From the IMG/VR virus record IMGVR_UViG_3300027852_000024: a stretch of 40,168 nucleotides of DNA. One strand, written 5' to 3'. This document shows positions 23,845 to 32,080 of the stretch, piece after piece. The position numbers were made by a program, and so were the translations under genes. The notes beneath the pieces were generated by a model. The model saw only the letters and a list, made by a program, of their open reading frames with translations, was not told the origin of the DNA and made no database searches. Origin of the DNA: a virus. How positions within the stretch are numbered: position 1 is the stretch's first letter; every line of letters begins with the position of its first letter.

Positions 23845-24218
23845 CAATAGCAGCTACGATGCCAGTAACAAGAATAGTTGACTATAAGTACTCAGTGCTA
23901 ACTGAACCTTTTAGATGCTATTCTAAAGTGCTACAAAAATGGATCACTATCCCTGTTGGCTTCCACACTGATTGGGAGTCTGTTCCGCTTATAAAAGGAA
24001 CTTCTAAAGTCTCTGGCCTTGTACATGATTATCTTTGCAGGATAGATAGTAATCCCGTAGTTGACAAGAAGACAGCAGCAAAAGTGTACTTGGAATTTAT
24101 GAAGTACAGGGGAACTTCGTTTGTTAGACGATTAGTTAAATACTTAGCTGTATGTATAGCAGTTGGATATTTTCATAAGTTGCACACGCAAGATAAACTT
24201 AGCATACGTAAACATTAG
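23841..24218 (+). CDS. DUF1353-like protein (125 aa)
   Basis: GFHTDWESVP...HDYLC resembles the DUF1353 signature. Confidence 0.5.
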   Translation: MTIAATMPVTRIVDYKYSVLTEPFRCYSKVLQKWITIPVGFHTDWESVPLIKGTSKVSGLVHDYLCRIDSNPVVDKKTAAKVYLEFMKYRGTSFVRRLVKYLAVCIAVGYFHKLHTQDKLSIRKH

Positions 24219-24233
24219 AAAAGGAGTTCAATC

Positions 24234-24539
24234 ATGAGTGGACACAGAAACACAGTATTAGTCGCATGTGGTACTTGGATAAACAATATACTGAACGTAA
24301 CAGTTGGCGATGCGACCTGGACGGCGATTACTCTTGGTGGTACTGATAAGTGCAGAGCTATAGAAGCGGGTCTTCGTTCAGGTGGCGTATGGAAATTATC
24401 AAATGCCGATGATGGAGCTACCTACAGAACTGTAGATAGCAATATAGCAATGGACATTATAAAAGAATCCGACAAAACACTATTCTACGCACAAACAGAT
24501 TCTGGTGCGGATACTTTAGAGTGTATACTGTTGGATTAG
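24234..24539 (+). CDS. Hypothetical protein (101 aa)
   Basis: AAAGGAG RBS. Confidence 0.55.
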   Translation: MSGHRNTVLVACGTWINNILNVTVGDATWTAITLGGTDKCRAIEAGLRSGGVWKLSNADDGATYRTVDSNIAMDIIKESDKTLFYAQTDSGADTLECILLD

Positions 24540-24556
24540 TGAAAAGGGAGTTTAGG

Positions 24557-25342
24557 ATGACTCATTTACGAAAGTATCTAAACACACATATCAGAACACC
24601 TAATATTTGGGGCGGCGGTGCACCTGAACTTGAGTTTACCAATGCAGGTGCAACTCTATCTCCTACTATACAGGTAACCGGAACTCCTGAGATCCTCTGG
24701 ACTTGGAGTGACGGCACAACAGATAATGTTGCTAATCCCGGTGAGAAGACACTTACAGGGACGCATACACTGCTGGTCACACCTTGGTCTGCTGTTACAA
24801 GAATTCTATTCAATGGAGATGGCTTAACTGGGCCATTTGAAACTAAAGAGTGGGAAAATATAGAACATCTTGTGCTCTATGAAAATGCTAATACTGGCAA
24901 GTTTGTCACCTACGCATGGGAGGATATAAAATACTTATGGATTTTTGATAATGATTTTGATGGTGAGCTTGTTACCCACCCATGGGAAAATATGCTGGAA
25001 ATGTGGATGTATGGCCTTGATGTTACAGGTAACTTCGCTTTTCACCCTTGGGTTAACTTAATTAAACTCTATCTACAAGGTAATAATCATTCTTCTGTGT
25101 CTGGTAGTTTGCAAACGCAAATAAAAATGACTGTGCTTTACTTATCTGGTAATAATGTTTCTTCACAGGTAGAAATAGACAAAGTATATTCTGACCTACT
25201 TGTTAATGCTGCTGACGCTGGTCGTGTGTCTGTGTGTACTGTCAACACATCTGGAGCTAACATGTCGGCCCCTTCCGCAGCAGGTATAGCTGATGCAGCA
25301 ACACTGGTAACGACTTACGGTTGGACAGTAACTCACGCATAA
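24557..25342 (+). CDS. Leucine-rich-repeat-like protein (261 aa)
   Basis: GGGAG RBS before ATG 24557; about 24-aa repeats W-E-N-(I/M)-x-x-L-x-(L/I/M)-x-x-N-x-x-x-G-x-(F/L)-V-T and LYLQGNN / LYLSGNN. Confidence 0.55.
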   Translation: MTHLRKYLNTHIRTPNIWGGGAPELEFTNAGATLSPTIQVTGTPEILWTWSDGTTDNVANPGEKTLTGTHTLLVTPWSAVTRILFNGDGLTGPFETKEWENIEHLVLYENANTGKFVTYAWEDIKYLWIFDNDFDGELVTHPWENMLEMWMYGLDVTGNFAFHPWVNLIKLYLQGNNHSSVSGSLQTQIKMTVLYLSGNNVSSQVEIDKVYSDLLVNAADAGRVSVCTVNTSGANMSAPSAAGIADAATLVTTYGWTVTHA

Positions 25343-25353
25343 AGGAGGTAACA

Positions 25354-25746
25354 ATGGCTGTACCTGAAGTAATAACAGAAATAATACAAGATAGACCAAC
25401 TTCTAAGACTCTTACAAAAGAAAAGTCTTGGAGATTAGTTTACGGTAGTAATAATGAGGTCACTAATTTATTCGAAAGCGCTGGTGTGACTTATGCACCC
25501 AACTTCATGAAGTGCTTTGAGACAAATGAAGAAGCTGGTCTTTATATCGAAAGCGAATATTTAAAATGTCATAAGGCTGTGATAAAAGACGGAGTTGTTG
25601 AGAGTTTAACAGAGATTAAAACTAACATGGCCGTAACATTAAAAATAGGTGAATACGCTTTCTACTCTGCTGATCTCGATGATTTTAGAACACACGCACG
25701 TGAACAAAAGTGGGATATTGAGAAGGTTATAGATATACTGTACTAA
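25354..25746 (+). CDS. Hypothetical protein (130 aa), last gene of the rightward arm
   Basis: AAAGGAGG RBS before ATG 25354. Confidence 0.6.
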   Translation: MAVPEVITEIIQDRPTSKTLTKEKSWRLVYGSNNEVTNLFESAGVTYAPNFMKCFETNEEAGLYIESEYLKCHKAVIKDGVVESLTEIKTNMAVTLKIGEYAFYSADLDDFRTHAREQKWDIEKVIDILY

Positions 25747-25756
25747 ACCTAAACAC

Positions 25757-25792
25757 AAAAAGCAGACTGCCACCAGTGGCAGTCTGCTTTTT
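25757..25792. terminator. Bidirectional intrinsic terminator built on an extended PAL-A dyad (AGCAGACTGCCACCAGTGGCAGTCTGCT)
   Basis: 12-bp arms, A5 upstream and T5 downstream; sits exactly where the converging arms meet (stops at 25746 and 25794). Confidence 0.85.
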
Positions 25793-25793
25793 C

Positions 25794-26651
25794 TTACTTT
25801 AACTTTGCCTCTACATCCTTCAACCAGTCTTTATCTATCGACTGCATCTTAGGAACCCCACGTACTTTAGTATAATCTTGGAATCGTATTTTTATAGTTT
25901 CGCCAATAAAATATTCTCTGTGTTTCCACAGCAGATTCCGTTGATTATCTGTCGGGCCGGAACCTACTGAGAACCATTCGTTTCCATAAGTTACACAAGT
26001 GAAAGATCCGAAAGTACCCTTTGGTTCGCCTTCTATCGACTTTTCTTCTTCAACATCTATTATACTAAAAGACTCGCTTACTCTTGGCTTCAACTTTAGT
26101 AGTGTTGATACTTTCCTCCGCTTGTACCCAGCTTTATATTCGCGTATGATTACACCCTCATAACCCTGGGTTACAAAAGCATCGTAGTATCTCTGTAATC
26201 CTTCTAAAGTGTACACTTGATACACGGGAACGTATTTTAAGTATCTGAAATTATACTTCTTAAAAATCTTACCTAAGTATCTGCTCCGTTCGTATTGTTT
26301 GTTGCTTGCAACTACGTCGAACACATGGTACTGTATCAACTTATGGTCAGGGTGTATGTTTTTTGTCCTGCTTACTATACTCCTGATCTCACTATGCCGC
26401 ATACCATGCCTGTACAACTCACCATCTAACTCAATGTTCATAAGCTTTGATTTAGCTATTTCATCCCCAATATGTGGCACACTGATTATTTCCTTACAAC
26501 CAGAACTTAGTAATCTTATATCCTCGGGGGTTATCTTAGCCCTCAACCTGTCACCCTCTATCTTTGCTTGGACGAGTACAGGCTTTTCCATCTTGTTAAA
26601 AAGTTTCTCAGTAAACATTGAAGCCAGCATTATACCAGTTCTTTTACTCAT
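25794..26651 (-). CDS. ATP-dependent DNA ligase
   Basis: Motif I KIEGDR, motif III ELDGELY, motif IV EGVIIRE, motif V LLKLKP. Confidence 0.85.
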   Translation of the reverse strand: MSKRTGIMLASMFTEKLFNKMEKPVLVQAKIEGDRLRAKITPEDIRLLSSGCKEIISVPHIGDEIAKSKLMNIELDGELYRHGMRHSEIRSIVSRTKNIHPDHKLIQYHVFDVVASNKQYERSRYLGKIFKKYNFRYLKYVPVYQVYTLEGLQRYYDAFVTQGYEGVIIREYKAGYKRRKVSTLLKLKPRVSESFSIIDVEEEKSIEGEPKGTFGSFTCVTYGNEWFSVGSGPTDNQRNLLWKHREYFIGETIKIRFQDYTKVRGVPKMQSIDKDWLKDVEAKLK

Positions 26652-26660
26652 GACAACCTC

Positions 26661-29396
26661 CTATTGTAGATCATATATTTCATTAGAAAACTCCAAGCCC
26701 AAAGATGTTGCTGGAACCAAACCAGCAATCAGTGCTGTAACTTTGTCGCCCACCCTGTGTCTCTCAACACGCAGATAAGGGAACAGTGTTTTTATACTAC
26801 GGATAGAAGCTCTCTTTTGCACCAGTCCCTCCTTAGTAGGTTGTCCTATCCGAAGACAAAAAGCTCTAAAGTACATAGTGAAGTCCCGTTGTTCAACCCA
26901 CTCACTTTTTCCAGAACAGGCGTCTACCTTATAGTAATTGTTTATGTACGACTTCAAAGGGTCTATCTGTTCCATTAACGAAACTTTGGCAACAATGCCC
27001 TTCTCTGGTTCAGCAAACCTCTTTCGCTTGCTCAAGCGTTCAAGTCCTGTCATATGCCATCGTATGATTTTCGCCAACCCTTCTTCGACTATCAACCTAT
27101 CTAAGCCTAATATTTCGTCAGATGTCCCACGAAATTCTTTCGTGAAAGTGGCCATCATTAGCCTTTGGGCTAAAGCACCAGTGTCATCTGGCAGTACTGG
27201 CGTTTTATTTGTCAGCATTATAAGTTTGCATTCTAACAACTCTGTAGTTATACTGACCCCCTTGTCCTCCGAATCCACATAATCCTGGCCTATGACTTTC
27301 AATAGCACGGGTACTATAGCTTTTAGTATATTAAAATCTATTGTTCTTGCTTCGGACATAACCGCCAACTTTTTACCTGGCAGAGTACCAAGGCCGAATC
27401 TCCCTGTTAACTTCTCCATAGATACCGCAGAGTGATAATTAGAACCCACACAAGATTGAAGAACTTTTGCTAATATACTTTTACCACTACCCGGTACGCC
27501 CTCTATGATGAGCATCTTGTGTAAATAGTAGGAGTCAGCTAAGATATACCCGCCGTATTCTCGTATCAATTCAACAGTCTCCAAGTCTTCTTCGCACGAG
27601 GCCACTAAAAAATCTATATATCTTTCGGGCTGCTTGCCATCTGAGTCCACCCATTCTTTGTATGTTATTGGTAACTCTTTGTATATACAATCCTCCTTTT
27701 TTAAAGTTCTTACTGACTTACTGGATAGCCACTGGTGGCTATCCGAAAAGATATCACGCATAATAATACCGTACCTGCCACCTTTGAAGGCCCACCCACT
27801 GCCCTTCGGAAACTCTGCCATCGACAGACACGCTTCCCGCATTATGATGTTAGCCAGTTGTTCAGTTTTGCTGTACCCGATTTCTACTTTGATTGGTATG
27901 GCAGCATGTATGTGGTTGTAAACAAAAGCTTTTGTTTGTGTGCTGTTACAGCACATCCATATCTTAGTATCCGAGAAGTAGCACCAGAACTCACCTGATA
28001 TAGTCTTGTGTCTTGAATATATAATTCTTTGCCTCTTAAATATACTCGCCATATGCCTCAGATTAGCGTCTGGATCGTACACATCACTGTGCGAAGCTTG
28101 ATCTTTTCTCAAGTTCTTCCAAGAGCTTTTTAATGCTGTAATACTTACTTTTTTTGTTTGTGTTTTTATAGCCGTGAACAGTCGCTCACGTGATAATTCT
28201 GTGAGGTGTAAGTCGTACATGTCCTGTATTATACTATCGATGATCCTTCTGTTGTCGCCCTTATACCCTCCTTCTGTTAGCCATTCGGTGCGATATATTA
28301 GTTCCTGTTGGACTTCATCTTGGTACACTGTGTCGTTGAGTACTGCTTGATTCAGCATGAACTCAAACTCTTTCAGGATACCAGGGTCTTCATTTTTGTT
28401 GAGGATTGCCCAATTGTACGCCACATCATAGGCGTTAAGACTTTTCCTTTTGTTCTTGAAAGTCTTTTCTATTATCTGATTTATCGGATCGCCATCGTGA
28501 TGTGAAAATATATACCCATTGTCAAAAACTATAACTCCCGGTATACCAGTTTCGGAACTCGGTGCAAGGTATCTATTTTCTTCGATATGCGTGTACCCCA
28601 TTGATGTGAGTACTACTTCTGGCAATACCCTTCTGCAGAATGAGCCTACCTTCCCAGGTAAACTCATAGCTGTTGGCATATCGCCGAACGAAATTGATTG
28701 CTTTGGAGCAAAGTACGGCTGCCACCCTGTTGGGACATGGGATTTATCTTTTTTAACGTAACTCAACCTCGGAAAATGTGGGTCTTTTAAACTCAATGGA
28801 TCAACAAGATTAGACCACAGAGGTTTAGCTGTGAAAATTGGTTGTGTTAGATTGAAATAAAATGTGGCGTCAACAGGTATGTTATCTTTTTTAATCCACA
28901 TACCTATCTCTCGTGGATACTGCGGTTCTTCGAGCATAAAAATAATATGGCATCTTAGACACGGAGTCTCTTTGAGTAGAAAAGAAGAACTAAAGCATAG
29001 TGTGTACGTTGTGTTATTAAACTCAGGTGGCAGATATTCTTTTATAAATTTATCTACTTCTTTCACTGATTGTTTATAATCTTTTTTATGTACGTTCTTC
29101 ACCTCATACTTGTCTAAATCAAGTATGAGGTGTGACACAGGTTCTTCCTCAAAATTCTTAAGTGTTCTATCTGTGTCTATTATCTCCGGTCGTGTAGCTG
29201 TACCCATAACAGTACAGGTATTAGGGGTGTCAAGTAGCATAGAACACAGGCTGAACATATCCTCTGGCGTGTTGGATATTGTTTGTAGCCCTATGTCGTT
29301 ACTCCAAGTCGGGCCAAGATATTTGCCATCCGTTTTGCAATATGGCCTCCCCTTAATACGTGATCGTACAAGAGTTATAGTGCATTTATTTTCCAT
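26661..29396 (-). CDS. DNA primase/helicase (SF3, D5/P4-type P-loop NTPase with large N-terminal domain)
   Basis: 911 aa; Walker A GVPGSGKS; lies in the replication module. Confidence 0.7.
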   Translation of the reverse strand: MENKCTITLVRSRIKGRPYCKTDGKYLGPTWSNDIGLQTISNTPEDMFSLCSMLLDTPNTCTVMGTATRPEIIDTDRTLKNFEEEPVSHLILDLDKYEVKNVHKKDYKQSVKEVDKFIKEYLPPEFNNTTYTLCFSSSFLLKETPCLRCHIIFMLEEPQYPREIGMWIKKDNIPVDATFYFNLTQPIFTAKPLWSNLVDPLSLKDPHFPRLSYVKKDKSHVPTGWQPYFAPKQSISFGDMPTAMSLPGKVGSFCRRVLPEVVLTSMGYTHIEENRYLAPSSETGIPGVIVFDNGYIFSHHDGDPINQIIEKTFKNKRKSLNAYDVAYNWAILNKNEDPGILKEFEFMLNQAVLNDTVYQDEVQQELIYRTEWLTEGGYKGDNRRIIDSIIQDMYDLHLTELSRERLFTAIKTQTKKVSITALKSSWKNLRKDQASHSDVYDPDANLRHMASIFKRQRIIYSRHKTISGEFWCYFSDTKIWMCCNSTQTKAFVYNHIHAAIPIKVEIGYSKTEQLANIIMREACLSMAEFPKGSGWAFKGGRYGIIMRDIFSDSHQWLSSKSVRTLKKEDCIYKELPITYKEWVDSDGKQPERYIDFLVASCEEDLETVELIREYGGYILADSYYLHKMLIIEGVPGSGKSILAKVLQSCVGSNYHSAVSMEKLTGRFGLGTLPGKKLAVMSEARTIDFNILKAIVPVLLKVIGQDYVDSEDKGVSITTELLECKLIMLTNKTPVLPDDTGALAQRLMMATFTKEFRGTSDEILGLDRLIVEEGLAKIIRWHMTGLERLSKRKRFAEPEKGIVAKVSLMEQIDPLKSYINNYYKVDACSGKSEWVEQRDFTMYFRAFCLRIGQPTKEGLVQKRASIRSIKTLFPYLRVERHRVGDKVTALIAGLVPATSLGLEFSNEIYDLQ
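27724..27743. repeat. PAL-A dyad variant inside the primase CDS (GATAGCCACTGGTGGCTATC), with both arms changed in a compensating way
   Basis: Perfect dyad; encodes DSHQWLS on the minus strand. Confidence 0.85.
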
Positions 29397-29520
29397 TGTC
29401 GCCTCTATTTTCTATTATTTGGATTGCCACTGGGGCTGTCCGAGAGTAAACTGTGAGTATTTTTCTGCACCGATTGCATTGATACACTGATTTAATCTTA
29501 GTCTTCAACACCCGAATCAT
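29383..29520 (-). CDS. Possible small ORF (45 aa, MIRVLKTKIKSVYQCNRCRK...) overlapping the primase start
   Basis: GGAGG 4 nt before ATG 29520; below the ORF-track size cut-off; translated by hand. Confidence 0.35.
29421..29441. repeat. PAL-A dyad, degenerate copy (GGATTGCCACTGGGGCTGTCC)
   Basis: Upstream of AGAGG/ATG 29396. Confidence 0.65.
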
Positions 29521-29546
29521 ACTACCTCCACAATTTTTGTGTTGCA

Positions 29547-31019
29547 TCATATCACTCCTTTTTTATATTTTTTTAGCGCCCTTAACAACCCGTTTTGTGT
29601 GGCCTCCTTGCTCTTTAATACTCTTGAGACCACTTCATCAATAGTATTTCGGAACAAAAGACTATGTACGAAGACAGTTTTCTCTTGCCTCTGCCTGTAT
29701 AGTCTGTCGATCAACTGCAAGAATTGTTCTAAGTTCCAAGTTAAACTGTACCACAATAACTGATTGCCACCTAACTGTAGATTCAAACCGTGTGGGTCAC
29801 TCGCGGGGTTGTAAAGTAGGATAGGAATCTGTTTAAGATTCCATTGTTTTATGTACTCCATTGATTGCTTATCAGTCGTGTCTCCATCTATTGACGGAGC
29901 GTCAGGGAAAATACTTTTAAGATCATCACGCTCGAACTTGAAATTGTATGCGATGATACAGTTACCAACTCCTTCAAGTATTCGTGTAGACCCCTTTGAT
30001 GTGTCCACCATATCTTTTAGCATACTAAGCTTTTCATTATGTATGTCGATAACTACTCTCTCTTTCCCTACGCCGTTGTATAATTTTCCTTGCAGAAATT
30101 GGCGCAACTTCATTGAAAGAGTTGATGAGGAAAACGCTTCAATTTTAGCGTTTCCTAACTCAAGAAAAAAAGTATCCTCAAGTTCTTGGTATTGCTCCCT
30201 GTGTTTTTCAGGTAAGTCCATTTTTATTTCATTGAATACTATAGGCGGCAACTCGACATAATCTTGCTTCCTCATACTTATTACTCTTGTTTTTATCCTT
30301 CTCGATATAGACTCGCCAGCCCCTTTCCGTGGGTGATAGACAGAATGTTCTCTGTTGGCTACAAAGAATCTATCACGAAAACTTGTAAGAGTTGTACCAA
30401 GACTTCTGCCTAAATCATTTACGAACATCTGCCCAAATAAGTCCATCAACCCATTTGGTATTGGTGTTCCAGTCATAGGGTATCTGTACACAAATCTGCC
30501 CATGAAGGGCTTAAAACTCTCGAATCGTTTTGAGGTTGAGTGCTTCATCTTAGTAGACTCATCGTAGAAAACGCAGTCAAATGGTAGTAGTCTGTTGCTG
30601 TATAATGCTTTAAATTTTTTTGACAGCCAAGGTAGCCCTTCATAATTTATAAGAAAAACATTTGCTTTTGTATTCAACAGATTTCTACTCCTGACATACT
30701 CTGCTGAACCCTTGGCCGCATCACCGTGCAGGATAGAAAACTCAAGATACTTTGTGTGTTTCCATAGCTTGGCTTCTTGTCGCCACGTATTGAACATCGC
30801 TTTTTTCGTGCATACTATAAGCGCACTTCTTATACGTTTCCGTTTTAGCAACTGGTCAATGATAGTTAGACTTATGATAGTTTTACCAAGACCAGTTCCG
30901 AGAAATATCGCTGTGTGTCTCCTGTCCATTGCCGTAAAAATAGCTCTCTTTTGGTACTCGTGCATATCTTTTTCAATTGTCAGTATCATAATATTCAGCC
31001 GGAACTCCAGCACCTCCAT
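29547..31019 (-). CDS. SNF2/SWI2-family helicase
   Basis: Motif I LGTGLGKT, motif II YDEST; C-terminal helicase-lobe-like region; start is ambiguous (31019, 30989 or 30965). Confidence 0.75.
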   Translation of the reverse strand: MEVLEFRLNIMILTIEKDMHEYQKRAIFTAMDRRHTAIFLGTGLGKTIISLTIIDQLLKRKRIRSALIVCTKKAMFNTWRQEAKLWKHTKYLEFSILHGDAAKGSAEYVRSRNLLNTKANVFLINYEGLPWLSKKFKALYSNRLLPFDCVFYDESTKMKHSTSKRFESFKPFMGRFVYRYPMTGTPIPNGLMDLFGQMFVNDLGRSLGTTLTSFRDRFFVANREHSVYHPRKGAGESISRRIKTRVISMRKQDYVELPPIVFNEIKMDLPEKHREQYQELEDTFFLELGNAKIEAFSSSTLSMKLRQFLQGKLYNGVGKERVVIDIHNEKLSMLKDMVDTSKGSTRILEGVGNCIIAYNFKFERDDLKSIFPDAPSIDGDTTDKQSMEYIKQWNLKQIPILLYNPASDPHGLNLQLGGNQLLWYSLTWNLEQFLQLIDRLYRQRQEKTVFVHSLLFRNTIDEVVSRVLKSKEATQNGLLRALKKYKKGVI

Positions 31020-31206
31020 GTATTAGTTCACTCGCAAGAGCAGTTGATATCTGCTCAACATATTGTATGTGGTAATCAACAGTGTGTTCACGAACCCATT
31101 TAGCTGGTGATATATCAGTCACTACAGCTTTATATTCAACAGAAAATTTCAGATCCATGAAGTCCCTTAAATCACATCTGTAGGATATAAACCATCGTTC
31201 TTCCAT
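30973..31206 (-). CDS. Hypothetical protein (77 aa)
   Basis: ATG 31206 overlaps the VRR-NUC stop (TAATG) and is preceded by GGGGAG. Confidence 0.5.
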   Translation of the reverse strand: MEERWFISYRCDLRDFMDLKFSVEYKAVVTDISPAKWVREHTVDYHIQYVEQISTALASELIHGGAGVPAEYYDTDN

Positions 31207-31508
31207 TATATACGCTTCTCCCCTTTTAGTCTTTCCTCCCAATAATCTATGATATCGTCAATCATTTGCTTAGAGTTCACCCAATACGTCCACTGGTCTA
31301 AATTAGTCAATCGTGAGGCTTCTCTACTCTGAGCGTCTGTTAAATACTTGTCAGTTGCTTTACACTCAACGAAAAAGACGTGACCATGCACAACACATAG
31401 CCTGTCGGGTACAGCCCTTCTGCCAGGTGACGTGAACTTGTAAGCCATACCTTTTAGTTTTGATCGTACTTTATCACATAGATATTTTTCTATTTGTTTT
31501 TCAAGCAT
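31206..31508 (-). CDS. VRR-NUC domain nuclease
   Basis: PDRLCV...VFFVECKA fits the D-(n)-E-x-K motif; 100 aa. Confidence 0.75.
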   Translation of the reverse strand: MLEKQIEKYLCDKVRSKLKGMAYKFTSPGRRAVPDRLCVVHGHVFFVECKATDKYLTDAQSREASRLTNLDQWTYWVNSKQMIDDIIDYWEERLKGEKRI

Positions 31509-31750
31509 GCCAGAACTCCTTTAGATGTAAGTTTATTTAGCTTGTTGAATCTACCAACGGCCCTTTTTAGCAGACTATTGTTACTCCTTCTATCTGCTGC
31601 TAAGTACCATATAAGTTTTATAATTGTTTCCATATCATAAGAGCTTAAGCGTGAGCAGTACAGCCCCCAGTCTGAGCAGATACTAATGAATTTATCGCGC
31701 TCCCCCTCTGTCACAATAACTTCATTTAGTATCCTTTCAATTTCTTTCAT
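31490..31750 (-). CDS. Hypothetical protein (86 aa)
   Basis: ATGA overlap with the upstream gene. Confidence 0.5.
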   Translation of the reverse strand: MKEIERILNEVIVTEGERDKFISICSDWGLYCSRLSSYDMETIIKLIWYLAADRRSNNSLLKRAVGRFNKLNKLTSKGVLACLKNK

Positions 31751-32034
31751 AGCACCTCCTTCCTGTTTAATATTTTTCTTAATGCTATAATTTTTTTTGT
31801 GTACTGTAATTTTTTCTTGTCCAGTCTGTCCTCAACTCCTTTGAAGTACATTATCCTACCTATTACAGCGCCAGCCCACGTAGTAGGCCACCTGCTTTTC
31901 CTGAACTTTCGTATCCCCCAAAAGGCCAAAGGCGGAGTTTCATCACTAACAGGCACATAAAAGTCTTCGTCGTCTTCATCGTCTTTAACTTCAAGGGAGT
32001 GTACCTTTCCTAAGTGGAACTTATATATATTCAT
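31747..32034 (-). CDS. Hypothetical protein (95 aa)
   Basis: AAAGGA RBS before ATG 32034; the longer track ORF starts at a TTG inside the dyad. Confidence 0.5.
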   Translation of the reverse strand: MNIYKFHLGKVHSLEVKDDEDDEDFYVPVSDETPPLAFWGIRKFRKSRWPTTWAGAVIGRIMYFKGVEDRLDKKKLQYTKKIIALRKILNRKEVL

Positions 32035-32049
32035 AGTTAATCCTTTTGT

Positions 32050-32069
32050 GATTGCCACTGGTGACAATC
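32050..32069. repeat. PAL-A dyad (GATTGCCACTGGTGACAATC)
   Basis: Between the polymerase stop (32081) and the RBS/ATG 32034 on the minus arm. Confidence 0.9.
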
Positions 32070-32080
32070 ACGTTTAGTAT

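Noticed and set aside
20432-25746. A diversity-generating retroelement near the fibre genes, considered because some podoviruses with a similar head module (the Bordetella BPP-1 type) carry one
   Set aside because: No reverse-transcriptase-like ORF exists anywhere in the window. I found no template/variable repeat pair in or after the fibre genes.
26299-29490. Several plus-strand ORFs of 65-159 aa inside the ligase and primase region
   Set aside because: They are antisense to long, motif-bearing minus-strand genes. They have no RBSs and show hydrophobic, low-information translations.
29762-29770. Isolated dyad half-sites (GATTGCCAC at 29762, GTGACAATC at 3191, GGATTGCCC near 28393)
   Set aside because: Each is a single 9-mer arm without a partner. 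They could be decayed copies but are individually too short to be called.
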